A stretch of DNA of 60,655 bases, the filler included, from Dugesia japonica (lineage: Eukaryota), in NCBI GenBank assembly GCA_001938525.1. It is 6 parts of 6 records of this genome, joined end to end, with 100 filler letters (N's around TTAATTAATTAA, not from the genome) between each part and the next. Parts side by side here need not be neighbours in the genome. Positions count along the whole stretch, not along the records: positions 9,035 to 19,680 come from MQRL01638947.1; positions 19,781 to 30,681 come from MQRL01599310.1; 4 more parts are not named here. One strand, written 5' to 3'. A model generated the notes under the pieces. The model did not search any database and had not been told where the DNA came from. It saw nothing but the letters and a program-made list of their open reading frames with translations. This document shows, in pieces, positions 12,141 through 25,700 of this stretch. Both the position numbers and the translations under genes were made by a program. The first letter of the stretch is position 1; every line of letters starts with the position of its first letter.

Positions 12141-13041
12141 TCTAGAAAGAAAAAATTATTCCAAATTTAAATTAATAAAGCTTGATTAAAATAATTATTA
12201 CTAGGAAAATTAGTTCTTTTACAATATATTTAATTAATTATTTATCTTTGATTATGTTATAAAAAATATGTCTTAAATTATTAGTTATGATATCGAAAAT
12301 AGATTACCTTTGGAAATTTTATCTACTAGTGGACATTTGAGTTTTTCAATTATTTGAAATCAAGCTGGACTTAGAAAAATTATTGAGCATTCTTTTAAAA
12401 GATTGCTGTATTTATTTTTAAAATTTCATAAAGAACTCTAATCAAAACATTATTTTGCAATGAAGTTTGAAATAATGTTGACTATTGACAAAATAGTAAT
12501 AAACGTAATGAATTGACACGACATGCAATTCGATTTACGCGTGCAATGAAGAGTGTTGTCACATGGTGTATAAATAGTAAAATAATTATATGCATATATT
12601 TTAGAATTAAACAAATCAAAATAAAAACTAAGAGTGCTAAAATTATAGTACTCAAATAATACATACAAAATTTGAAATCGATCAAAACATAATACATAAG
12701 TACAACTTTATCATTAAAATTATTTAAAAATATTGGACGCGTAATCTGTAATCGTAATAATTTAAATGGCACACGTATGAATACAGTTAATTATATGATA
12801 TGCATAATTCATTTAGACTTGATTTTACGAACCTGGAAGCATAAAATATTGTGAAATCACTATCCTTTATTTTCTTTTGTTGATAGAATTGAATAAATTT
12901 TTTTTACACACGATATCGATTACTTATTTGAACATTTGAATCATTGAATTCAGGAGTATCATCATATTCTTCAAGGAAATCGAAAGCATTTTTTATAATG
13001 GATCCTAAAGTAGGATGAAAATATATAGTATGAATGACGTT

Positions 13042-13111
13042 AATAACAACAACAACAACAANNNNNNNNNNNNNNNNNNNNNNNNNNNNNNNNNNNNNNN
13101 NNNNNNNNNNN

Positions 13112-13158
<47 letters not shown>

Positions 13159-13181
13159 TTAATAATAATAATAATAATAAA
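13042..13181. repeat. (AAC)n/(AAT)n microsatellite spanning a gap
   Basis: Direct reading of the sequence. Confidence 0.95.
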
Positions 13182-13261
13182 TGAACGCCATATAGCCCAT
13201 TCCAACAAGTTTTGATTTTCTAAAACTCCTAATTTCAATAAGAACTATTTCGTTATCAAAA

Positions 13262-14113
13262 TACATAATATATAATGCGTGTATAAATGTGTCTGTGTCA
13301 GTAACGCAATATTTTGATGAGTTATTTAATTAACTGGAAAAACATAAAAAATGTGATATTTACAATATACGGTAATACGCCGCTTAACGTAAAGAATGCG
13401 TTCCAAATTCCACGACTTCCCAATGCTATCAAAGGCTTTCAAATTTTTAAATTAGAAAAAAAAGTTTAAATAAATGGTATCAATTTTGTACGGAATATTT
13501 GAGTCACGTTATAGTGAAAATCAAGCTAAAAGGGATAACGATAAATGAGATATTACTGAATTTATTAAAATTTCTTTAAAAAAAGTAAAATTTCTATTTT
13601 AATTATAAATTTGTAAAAATATTACAATTTCAAAATAAATTAAATTGGAATAAAAAAAGTAAATATTAACTAAATTAATTAGAAAATAAATTTTAAAAAA
13701 ATGTTTCTTAAAGCATTTTTTGTATATGTTTATTTACAAACAAATAACGAGTATCCAAAAATGACGATAACAGTTCTTGAAATTTTCAAATATTCGTAGC
13801 TCTAACTCAATGCCCGAATCAATAAATCTAACAGTGTCAATTAGCAACACACTTTGTCAAGGAAAACTTTGAGATGATGCGCGTAGTTTTACAAAAAATA
13901 CTGTCATCAAATAGCTTTTACATTAAAATAAATAATATTTTCCATTTAATTAGAAATTGTAACTTAGAAAAATCAAAAGATTAATTTACATTGAAATTTT
14001 TCTACCATTTCTTACAGGTTACTCAAATTTCATTTAAAATATCGATATTTATTACACCCGAATTCCGGATTTAAAAAAATGAGAAAACTGTTATTTTCAA
14101 CGGGTTATTGCTA
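13262..14113 (+). mobile_element. Non-autonomous Helitron-like element with a nested Tigger-like MITE (~13370-13558)
   Basis: 5' tataataatgcgtg..gtgtctgtgtc and 3' aacgggttattgCTAG|T ends. The nested element has imperfect TIRs cggtaatacgccgcttaacg / cgataaatgagatattactg. Confidence 0.5.
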
Positions 14114-14929
14114 GTTATGTAATAGTACTAGGGTACGAACTTAATTATTATAAATAACTCGATTCCTGTCACACCTTTTCATTATTTAACCGACCACCAC
14201 CTAGCCGGCCTTTAATGATAATAGTGGATAATTATTGAACGGGTATCAAGCAATCACCGATATGATTCGGATTCTTTATAATCGAGTAATGGAAACTAGG
14301 AGTTTAATTTATCACAAATTCACAAAGACGCCAAGTCCTTGGATCCTGTTATTATTATCAAAAAACTCATGACCGAGGTACCAGAAACAGAAGGATATAA
14401 GTCATTATGTAGACTATTTAACCGTGGCATAGAAAATCATAAAACATTCGATCGTTAGAAAGTAACATTCCTTTCAAACACTATTCAAAATTATCTTAAA
14501 TTTGTAATTCATAAATCAGTTTTAAATTTAGAGTTTACAAAAGTAGATAGATAAAAGCCCAATGGCTCACTTCCTCCCTTGCCCACCAATCATGTTGCGC
14601 TTAGCTGATAAAGTAATTGAATTATGAATTTATCAACTGTATTAGGTAATCGGTGTGTACCGAAGATGACATCCATATAATATTATGTAATAATTGTGAA
14701 ATCACTAAGCAATCACAGGAAATTAATTTTTTTTGTTTAGATTAAGTGAAATTAATGATATATTTGTTTCAATTAACTAATTTTTAAGAAATTAAGAAAA
14801 TAGGGTTTAAAATTGCGGGATTTTCAAAATGTTTTTTCGACGTTCAAATGATTATTTACTCGCATTCCATGTGTAATACGTAACTATTTCCAAATACAAC
14901 AGTTTTTTCGCAAACGTGTCATTTTAACA

Positions 14930-15700
14930 TAACTTTAAGAAAGCAGTTAACGTTGTAGTCAATGGATTCAGAGCTATTTGTTGTACATTTGCAGCTGTAA
15001 AATAAATGCATTGTCCATTTTCTAGATGTACTGTTAAATGAACAACATCTAGACTTCGTTCATGTATGGGAGATGAAAGACTTCACCATGCAGATTAATT
15101 GCTGCTAATGTATCTTCCAGTCTGATACTGTGCTATTTCATCGATATGTCTGACCGCATGACTATTACTTCTTTCTGGTTGCACACCATAAACTACCATT
15201 CCGCTGCCTTTATCCACGTACTTACAAATGTATTTAATCGATTTAACAGAGTTACAGTATTCCACGGGCTTTATATGTTTTTGATGGCAAAGGCGAATAT
15301 GGAACAACCCACTAGTTTTCTACTTCGATGTCACCCTTTCGCATTATTATGATTACTAATTTACCACCATCTTCTGCTGATCTTCTTATGTATAAAGGAT
15401 ATCCATCGTTTCCTGTATATATGTTGGATACTAATGCTCGAGGATATCGCTTAAAGCATTTCCTGTCTATCATTCATGGTGAATTTGGATTCAATGTACC
15501 GTAAGGTTCATATATCATATTTTTCGTCACAACTTAATGAAAATCCTTATCATCGTCGGCATTGGGTAATTCAGCTCACATTGTCGATTTCGTTTGAAGA
15601 GATTTTGGCATAGAGCAAGATTAGTATATGGGAGTATGGCAATCCTCTCTTTTGACATTCCACTGAGTACATCATGCAGCTCACAGACTCATAAGCTGCA
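14930..15700 (-). mobile_element. Helitron Rep (HUH) domain relic
   Basis: YSVECQKRGLPYSHILI (EWQKRGLPHAH motif), VEYCNSVKSIKYICKYVDKGS (catalytic Tyr motif), DEIAQYQTGRYISSN, VHLTVHLENGQ. Confidence 0.92.
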
Positions 15701-16454
15701 TTTCATATTTGTTTCTTCGCATCTGACTAAATTTACCATCTTAACGTTGAAGTGATATTCATCGGATAGTGACCTTAACTCTTATGTAATATGGAGACAG
15801 ATACAATTAAATACAAGTCTGAATTACAAATAAAATTATTAAATCTACAAGAAAGTTCAAATATAACTAAAGAAGCTCAGTCTTCACTAAATAAAGAATT
15901 AGACAAAATTTTTCATTAAAATAAAGAAAAAGCTTCGATCAAAATAAAATGTATTTGTAAAAAAGTTCAAATTTTCGACAATGNNNNNNNNNNNNNNNNN
16001 NNNNNNNNNNNNNNNNNNNNNNNNNNNNNNNNNNNNNNNNNNNNNNNNNNNNNNNNNNNNNNNNNNNNNNNNNNNNNNNNNNNNNNNNNNNNNNNNNNNN
16101 NATTTTTAAATTAACTTTTTAAAACTTTTTATTCGATATTAATTTTTATATGTTAGGAATTTTTTAAATTTTCTTTACAATTATTATATTATATTACATT
16201 TAAAATTTTTAAATTTTGTGTTGTTTTTATACATAAATTTTAAATTTTGAAAATTTATTTTGTTTTTTTGTTTGACAAAATTGAACAAGAAATTAATTCC
16301 GAAGATGAAATAACTAAGAAAACCTTTCAAGAAAATTTCAAATATTGTAAATTAAATTCCATCTCTAACAAGTGACTTGCAAATGCTTAAGAAAACTTGG
16401 AAACAGCTTATTAGAGATTATGGGAATTTTAATTATGAAATTAATCGTCTAAAT

Positions 16455-16997
16455 CAGTGGTGGACAAATGGTGTCGCGAAAAAATTTTAAAAAAAACTTT
16501 TCACAACACCAAGCCCATACATCGCATTGATTTTCAATTTTACATAAAGTACAATAAGATTTTAATTTTTTTGAATATTTTCTGTCATTTCTTATGTTTT
16601 TCTAACTTTTTCACGGTTTACTATAATAAGGGCGCCATCAAAAGGGCGACATTAAAAAGAGCGCGCATTACAAAAGGTGACAATAAAAAAAGGCGAACAA
16701 TAATAAAGGCGAACAATAAAAAAGGCGAACAATAATAAATATTATATAATATTATTATATATTGAAATATTATATAAATTTTAAACTACGTACATTTAAA
16801 ATATTTCGATCNATATAAGTACTAATTAAATAGAAGTATTAGGATAAATTATTATAAGCAATTACTTTATAAAGCAATTAATTAAAGACATTAAATAACT
16901 GTTTTTGGTACTGTTTTAAATTGTGAAAAAATAAATTGGTGTCGCGAAATAAATTTACTTACGTGTGTCACGGGTTGAAAAAGTTTGCCCACCACTG
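16455..16997. mobile_element. hAT-type MITE with a nested MULE-like repeat end (16628-16738)
   Basis: TIRs cagtggtggacaaa / tttgcccaccactg; degenerate 8-bp TSD gtctaaat/gtatatat; nested (aaaggcgaacaat)n. Confidence 0.7.
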
Positions 16998-17414
16998 GTA
17001 TATATAATAGAACTAAAGATGACTTAAAAAACTATTAAAAATCGAAAATATGGAAGAAATAAATATAAAAATAATATAACAGAAGGTGTAATAAAAACGT
17101 GGTTATTCGCATTTTGCATTGAAGATATTTCTATTCTGCATATTTCTTGATGTCAGCCTCTACAGGTGTTGTTCCTTTACGTAGAACTTAAATTTATCAA
17201 ATAAATATTGCATGGAAACGCGAAACAAGTGTTTTGACCAGGGTACAATAGATTACCAGTTACTTTAATAATTCATAATTTGTATCGGACAATATCAATG
17301 TAATCCCATGTCTATTTTTGTCATAGACCGTAACACTTAGTTTCCTAGTCTATATTTCAGTTTACGAATGGCATTATTTTCAATCAAATACTCCAAATTA
17401 AAGATCATTAAGAT

Positions 17415-17929
17415 TTAACGTAGTCCTTATTATTAAACTTTTTCTTATTATTACATATCTTACCTTGAAAATCTACATTGTCTACAGCTGCAGATGAGTT
17501 CGGTTGACTAACTGTAGACATTGATGATTGAACTGTTTTAACGGGTGACATTTTAGATTGTAAAAATTCATTATCTGATGATTTTAAATGCTTTTCACAG
17601 ACAAATTCATTCATATTCTCACTATTTGTAATTAAATGAGGTCTGGAAATAATTACTTGATTAGAATGAGAAGATACATACCCGTGATTGACATCTGTGT
17701 CAAAAATAAAGTTATTCACAATTTGAAAATAACATACTTGCAAGAAATGCGTTGGAATTTACAGTTTTCGAATTTGGTGGAAGACATGTATTACTTAATA
17801 TAGTTGTTTGAGAAGACATTTTTTTCTTTTTAACTCGACACCAATATATAATTCCAATAAGAATAAAACATAGCACCAAAACAGCTCCTAGGCAGCTGAT
17901 TATTATTATAATGTTTGGATCCACAACTG
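17415..17929 (-). CDS. 3' part of an uncharacterised membrane protein: exons 17929-17738, 17694-17464, 17425-17415
   Basis: TM helix IIIIISCLGAVLVLCFILIGIIYWC followed by RVKKKK stop-transfer and a Ser-rich tail. GT-AG introns of 43 and 38 nt keep the frame. Upstream exons are unresolved. Confidence 0.65.
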
Positions 17930-18541
17930 CTGAGATTGTTCAATTAATATCCACAATTACAATTTACTTTGGTAATCAATCAATTGATGATTTTTAAATA
18001 CATAAATACATAAAACGCATGCATAAATTACACACTGTTAAATTATACAACAACCAATCATATTCGCTTTAGTGTAGAGCATGAGTACAACGTGCTATTG
18101 ATTAGTTATTGTTGAGGTAGTAGATGTGGGCAATTATGTGAAATTAGTATAAATTTCAAGGTAGATTACACATTAATGAAAATTGACATTGCACCAAAAT
18201 CATGTGAATTAAGCATTATACAATTTTAGTTTATTATTATTACAATCATTATTATTATTCTAAATTATTACATTGTAAATGTTACATTCGTTTACTGATA
18301 CATAATCTTACTAATAAACTTGGACACAAAATTCGTAATCGAATGTACCAATTTAAGAATTAGATTTTTTGACAAAAGCGGAATTTATTAGTGACATTGA
18401 TATTATTCGTCTAATGTAAAAAAATTAAAGTACTTTTTAATTTATTGAAAAAAAATTCTTGGACATTTTTAGTTTCCTAATTATTTTTAAAATGTTTATT
18501 CTGAATTATTGAATTTGTTATTTTTTCACATTAGTTGACAT

Positions 18542-19228
18542 CAGCGACGGATCTAGGAATTTTTATTGGGGGGGGGGCGATATAAAAACAATTACACCAT
18601 TTATTATGTAATCGGCAAGGAATTTAATTGTTTGTTTAAATAAAGTGAAATGAATGACTTTTGTTTAACTTTACTAAAATTAATAATATTTAATTAATTT
18701 TCACGGAAATCCGGTAGAAAAGTGCATTTTGTTAAAATATTTAATTTTTTTAAAAATAAAATTAATTATTTTCAAAATTAAGAAAATGTTTTTTTAAAAA
18801 TTTTTATTAAGGTTAAAAATTTCAAAAATTTAATTTTTTTCACGAAATTTTCGATTATATCATCTTCAGAAGTAGTGATTGATTTATCAAATTTTTTTAA
18901 TTTTTCATTTTTAGTATTTAATATTTTTACAATAGATAGATAGATCCTCAATTATTAAACCAAAATTTCAAACCAAATTTCTAAACCACTTTGTCGGTAG
19001 GGGATTTAATTTAGTGCGCATTATTTATCTACTTTTGAATATTATTTTTATCAAATTCATTTCGACATTTAGATACAAAATTGTTTTTAATCATTTCTTC
19101 TTTACTTTCTCAAAACAACAATCCTGATATTTCTGTGGGAAGTCGCTCCTTATCGTTATATAACTTTTTCTAAATTTGGTTATGGGAGGAACGATCGTCC
19201 CAATCGTCCCGCAGTGGATACATAGTTG
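18542..19228. mobile_element. hAT-type non-autonomous element
   Basis: Ends cagcgacggatct... / ...ggatacatagttg; 8-bp TSD gttgacat/gttgacaa. Confidence 0.65.
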
Positions 19229-19456
19229 GTTGACAAAAGTGGGTTTTTTCACTTAGACATAATTTTAGTGTTCTGGCTTATAATCAAAATAATATATGTT
19301 GTCAAAGTGTATCTTTTTTTAAAAAAAAAAGTCGGTACATAGAGAACATGATTTATTTGCCCATATGGACACCTGTCACGAATGTTTTAAATATGAATGA
19401 AATATTAAAAATTGTAATAAAAAATAATGTAATTGGAGATAAAGAAAATATATATT

Positions 19457-19680
19457 AGTAGTAGGAAAGGAGGACACGAGGACAGAAGGGGGGTACCAAT
19501 CTCCCGTTTCCATGGCAACCGCCTTAGCAACGGTATCTAGGTCATTGGTTACCATGGCAACCGTCCTTAGCAACGGAAACTAGGTCAAGGTCGTTTCCAT
19601 AGCAAACAAAAGTAGGTCAAGGTCATTGGTTACCATAAATTGTTTTGAACTTTAATTAATTTCAATTTAAAGAGATTTCA
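19457..19680 (+). mobile_element. Putative Polinton-type TIR start carrying clustered RFX X-box motifs
   Basis: Begins AGTAGTAGG; gtttccatggcaac (19506), gttaccatggcaac (19548), gtttccatagcaaac (19593) and ccttagcaacgg x2. Cut off by the scaffold end. Confidence 0.55.
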
Positions 19681-19780
19681 NNNNNNNNNNNNNNNNNNNN
19701 NNNNNNNNNNNNNNNNNNNNNNNNTTAATTAATTAANNNNNNNNNNNNNNNNNNNNNNNNNNNNNNNNNNNNNNNNNNNN
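19681..19780. other. Artificial scaffold spacer
   Basis: N44-TTAATTAATTAA-N44. Confidence 0.95.
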
Positions 19781-22700
19781 GATTTTCTACTAGCGATAGA
19801 ATTCCTTGAAATTCTACTTTTATTTTCCACTTCTCTCTCCAAATTATCATCTCCAGATGTAAGTTCATCTTCATTTTGAGATTCACTAAACATTGCTTTA
19901 TCAAAACTCTCTCGGCGAGATAAATCTTTCAACATGGAAGTATTTTGTTCATGCTTTGATTTTCTAGATAATCTAGATTTTCTATTAGGAGCAGGCATTT
20001 GATTATCATCAATTACTTCTGATTTCTTAGTGTTCATCGATTTTCTATTAATTGATTTCCTTCCAGTTGCATTTAATTCGTTATCATCTATTTGAGACTC
20101 TACTTCTGATGAATTTGGAAAAATTTTACTAGATCTAGAAATTTTAGATTTTCTACCCAATTTTAATTTTTCTGTATTTTCTAACAATTCTGTTACTGAA
20201 TTATCACCACGAGTTATCGAATTTTCAGACTTTCTACTAACAATAGAATTCCTAGAAATGTTATTTTTATCTTCCACTTCTCCCTCCAAATTATCATCTC
20301 CAGATGTAAGTTCATCTTCATTTTGATATTCACTAAACATTGCTTTATCAGAACTCTCTCGGTGGGATAAATCGTTCAATATTGTAGGATTTTCAACAAG
20401 CATTGATTTTCTAGATAATCGAGATTTTCTACCAGATTTAACTTTTGTATTTTCTAACAATTCTGAATTATCAATACGAGTTACTGATTTATCTGATTTT
20501 CTACTAACAATAAAATTCCTTGAAATGTTTTTTTTATTTTCCACTTCTCCCTCCAAATTATCATCTCCAGATGTAAGTTCACTTTCATTTTGAGATTCAC
20601 TAAAAAGTACTTTATCAGAACTCTCACGATAAAATAAATCGTTCAGCGTGGAATTATTTTCATCATGTTTTGATTTGCTTGATAATCGAGATTTTAGACT
20701 AGAATTAAAGATTTCCTTATTATCGGATTTCTCTGACATTGCATTGTTTGACTCTCCTTCTAAATTATCATCAGCAGATGTTAGTTCCCTTTCATTTTGA
20801 GATTTACTAAGTATTACTCTTTCTATGGAAGAGTTTCGCTCATGTTTTGATTTTCTTGATAATAGAGATTTTCTACCGCAATTCATACTTTCATTTTGTA
20901 TCAAATGTACTACTGAATTATCACCACGAGTTATTGATTTACCAGATTTTCTAATACCCATAGAATTCTTTAAATTTTTGATTGTGTCTTTTACTTCGGC
21001 TTCTAAATTATCCTCTGCAGATGTAAGATCACTTTCATTTTGAGATTCACTGAACATTGCTCTATCAGAACTGTCCCTATGAGACATTTCTTTCAACATG
21101 CTAGTATTTTCGACATGATTTGATTTTCTAGATAATCGAGATTTTCGATTAGACGCAGGAATTTGATTATCTTCAGCTACTTTTGATTTTTTTATCGATT
21201 TCCTATTAATTGATTTTCTCCCAGTTGCATTTAATACGTTATCATTTGGTTGAGACTCTACTTCTGATGAATTCTCTAAAAATTTACTGGAACTTCTAGA
21301 AATTTTAGAGTTTCTGCAGGAACTCTTTTTCGCATTTTGTAACAATTCTGTTACTGAATTATCACCACGATTTATTGATTTATCGGATTTTCTACTTACA
21401 ATAGAATTCCTCGAAATGTTATTTTTATCTTCCACTTCTCCCTCGAAATTATCATCTCCAGATGTAAGTTCATCTTCATGTTGAGATTCACTAAACATTG
21501 CTTTATCAGAACGATCACTATAAGACATTTCTTTTAACATGTTAGGATTTTCAATAAGTATTGATTTTTTAGATAATCGAGATTTTCTACCCGATTTAAC
21601 ATTTGTATTTTCTAACAATTCTGAATTATCAATACGAGTTATTGATTTATCTGATTTTCTACTAACAATAGCATTCCTCGAAATGTTATTTTTATCTTCC
21701 ATCTCTCCCTCCAAGTTATCTTCTCCAGATGTACGTTCATCTTCAATTTGAGATTCACTAAACATTGCTTTATCAGAACTCTCTCGGCGAGATAAATCTT
21801 TCAACATGGAAGGATTTTCAACAAACATTGATTTTCTAGATAATCGAGATTTTCTACCAGATTTCACTTTTGTTANNNNNNNNNNNGATTTTCTACTAGC
21901 GATAGAATTCCTTGAAATTCTACTTTTATTTTCCACTTCTCTCTCCAAATTATCATCTCCCGATGTAAGTTCATCTTCATTTTGAGATTCACTAAACATC
22001 GCTTTATCAAAACTCTCTCGGCGAGATAAATCTTTCAACATGGAAGTCTTTTGTTCATGCTTTGATTTTTTAGATAATCGAGATTTTCTACCAGATTTAA
22101 CTTTGGTATTTTCTAACAATTCTGAATGATCAATACGAGTTATTGATTTATCTGATTTTCTACTAACAATAGAATTCCTTGAAATGTTATTTTTATTTTC
22201 CAATTCTCTCTCCAAATTATCATCTCCAGATGTAAGTTCATCTTCAATTTGAGATTCACTAAACATTGCTTTATCAAAACTCTCTCGGCGAGATAAATCT
22301 TTCAACATGGAAGTCTTTTGTTCATGCTTTGATTTTCTAGATAATCTAGATTTTCTATTAGGAGCAGGCATTTGATTATCATCAATTACTTCTGATTTCT
22401 TAGTGTTCATCGATTTCCTATTAATTGATTTCCTTCCAGTTGCATTTAATTCGTTATCATCTGGTTGACTTTTTGAATTTTGTAAAATTTTACTAGATCT
22501 TCTAGAAATCTTAGATTTTCTCCCATTTTGTAACAATTCTGTTACTGAATTATCACCACGAGTTATTGATTTACACGATTTTCTACTAACAATAAAATTC
22601 CTCGAAATGTTATTTTTATCTTCCACTTCTCCCTCCAAATTATCATCTCCAGATGTAAGTTCATCTTCATTTTGAGATTCACTAAACATTGCTTTATCAG

Positions 22701-25700
22701 AACTCTCTCGGCGGGATAAATCTTTCAATATTGTAGGATTTTCAACAAACATTGATTTTCTAGATAATCGAGATTTTCTACCAGATTTCACTTTCGTTAT
22801 TGATTTACCAGATTTTCTACTAGCGATAGAATTCCTTGAGATTCTAATTTTATCTTCCACTTCTCCCTCCAAATTATCATCCCCAGATGTAAGTTCATCT
22901 TCATTTTGAGATTCACTAAACATTGCTTTATCAGAACTCTCTCGGTGGGATAAATCTTTCAATATTGTAGGATTTTCAACAAGCATTGATTTTCTAGATA
23001 ATCGAGATTTTCTACCAGATTTTCTACTAGCGATTGAATTCCTTGAAATTCTAATTTTATTTTCCGTTACTTTCTCCAAATTATCATCTCCAGATGTAAG
23101 TTCACCTTCACTATGAGATTCACTAAAAAGAACTTTATCAGAATCATCTCCATGAGAAACATCTTTTAACATGGAAGAATTTTCAACAAATTTTGATTTT
23201 CTGGATAATCGAGATTTTCGATTAGAGGCAATCGATTCTTGAGACAAAACATTATTTGATTTGTTGGAATTCACTGATTTTCTACTCACTCTGCTCGGTT
23301 TATCAGATGTTAATTTCTTAGATGCTCTTGTAACTCTAGATTTCCTTTCAGATGATTTAGAGGATTTTCTGCTCAGTTTTCCACTTGAAGATTCCTCTTC
23401 AATCAAACTAATTCTGGATTTTGATTTTCTCGATTTATTCAGTTTGTTATTATTTAACAATTCCTCATTGTTATTGAACAATTCAGTTAAACCGTCCATA
23501 CACACTGACTGTCTTCCTTTCATTGCCTCTTTCATTGATTTATTCTTTGCTTTATTCACTGCTTTCTTTTTTAATTTCCTACCGATCTTCAATGAAGGTT
23601 TATTTGTTTTAGTAACGGGATTAAGAAGTTCGAAAGGGAAAACCGTATTGGATATTCTCGATAATCTAATTAATTTTTTGAACGCNCTCAAATTGCTCGA
23701 AATTTCATTATTGTTATCGGTATTGTTGTCAGTGACAAGTTTCGACATTTTGGTAATTTGCTCACTTTCCAGCTGTTTGATATTCTCCAAATTCATGGAT
23801 TCGTTAGTGCTAAGCCTTTTATCGAATTTAGATGACTGTCGGACGACTTGGCCATCTAAATCAGCATTTTCCGATATCGATTTTTCCGAGTTCTTAGGAA
23901 TCGAGTTTTCATTTTCTACAGAATATTCGTATAAATCCATACTGTTCTTCTTTGGTGCACTAATTTTTTTGGAGATCTTTATGGAAGAATCGCTGGTAGA
24001 CAATCGATTTTTTGCTAATACTTTATCAGTAAATGAATCATTGATGTCGTCACTTTCAGAAGGAGATGAATATGTATTATCATCATTTATCGATTTCTCT
24101 AGAGATGTGTCACGTGAGATAACGCTATACTGATTTCCCAACGATTTCTGATCTTGATCAGGTAATTCATTTTCATCATCTGCGGATCCTGTAAAATCGA
24201 GTAAAGATTTCATTGGAGTGGCTCCCTTCTTCAAGGGTTGAATTGGAGGCAATTCTTTATCGAATTGCTCGGGGCTTAAATTAGGCCCAAATGAAACATG
24301 TCGACGAAGTTCTTCACTTTTCATTTGACTTAAATTCAATTTGCTTTTTCTCTTATTCTTATCGATCATTTTGTTTTGTATAGGAGTTACAAATGGACGG
24401 ACATTCAATCGTTTCACTGGAATAACCGTACTGATTTTAGTACTTGACACTGTTATAGGAGATATAGTAGGACTATTGGTTTCGTGGCATAATACCGAAT
24501 AAGTCGGGTGTTTCGGTGTCGACACAACAGGTTGACGTTGAAATTTCTTTAGTGGAACGACTGGACTGTTAACAACCTAGAAATTTCAATCATTTAATTG
24601 TTTAGTTTTAGGGAATTATATCGTTAATTTATATCAGCTTTTAATTTTATATCAACCCATCTGTACCCATCTGTACCCATTTGTACCCATCTGTATGCAT
24701 TTGAGTACGCTTTAGAAATACGAGAATGGAGTTTTTGGATCATTCAGAAGGTAATGGTGGNNNNNNNNNNNNNNNNNNNNNNNNNNNNNNNNNNNNNNNN
24801 NNTCAACTAATTAACTTGTTACTATGGACATACTCTCATTGCAATACAACAGAAACAAATGAATGGCGTAACATGCAGAAATGGTTCTAGAAGTCACCAA
24901 GTACTATCTCAAAGATAAAGAAAACTACTCATGACCTTCTGCTGTAGATGACGATGTTTGGTGACAAAGACCTTAAGGTAAAGTGCGTAAGAGATAACTG
25001 CAAATATGCGTGTTTCGTAATCAAAAGCTTTCGAACATCTGAAACTAATTGACAAAGTCAAGAAACTGTATAAATGGGTGATCTTACGGGAATCCAAATG
25101 AAAAAAAACTCTCTCCTCGAAAGATACTCCACCGATACAAAATCTAAGTTAGGATATGAAACCTGGCTCCAACCGATCACTTCTTGAATGTGAGAAATCA
25201 ATACGGTAAAGAAACAGCACGTGGTAAATTTGCATAGAATCCAATGATAATTATTTCTAATAAAACTTTTGTAATGGAATTAATTTCAAAATCCGCCATC
25301 ACTTTCCGAATGATCTAATATTAGTAAATTGTGCCTACTGTACTCCTTTGAGTACCGTATTTTCCAGCAAATAACGCGCAGGTCAATCTAGACTTCGCTG
25401 GCTTTCCCGGGTGTATACCATACATTATACACATTATACATATACAATATACACCTAAGAAAGGTGAAAGTTAAGTCTAGACCAACCTGCGGGTTACATG
25501 CGGGAAAATACGGAACGCTTCATTAATCTGGGAATGCAGTAATAAAATGTTAATAAAATGTTAACCACGAGCCAATTTTATTCAATAAATGTCTGTCTAA
25601 CACTGGTTCTCAACCTTTTTAGTATTAAGCACTGCTTTTAACCGGAAATTTAATAATTACTGCTGTTTATCCATAATAATAATAATAATAATATGTAAAT

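Noticed and set aside
23261-24133. 290-aa plus-strand ORF (also 20825-21043 and 21539-21751)
   Set aside because: Antisense shadows of the K/S/E-rich Ki-67 exon.
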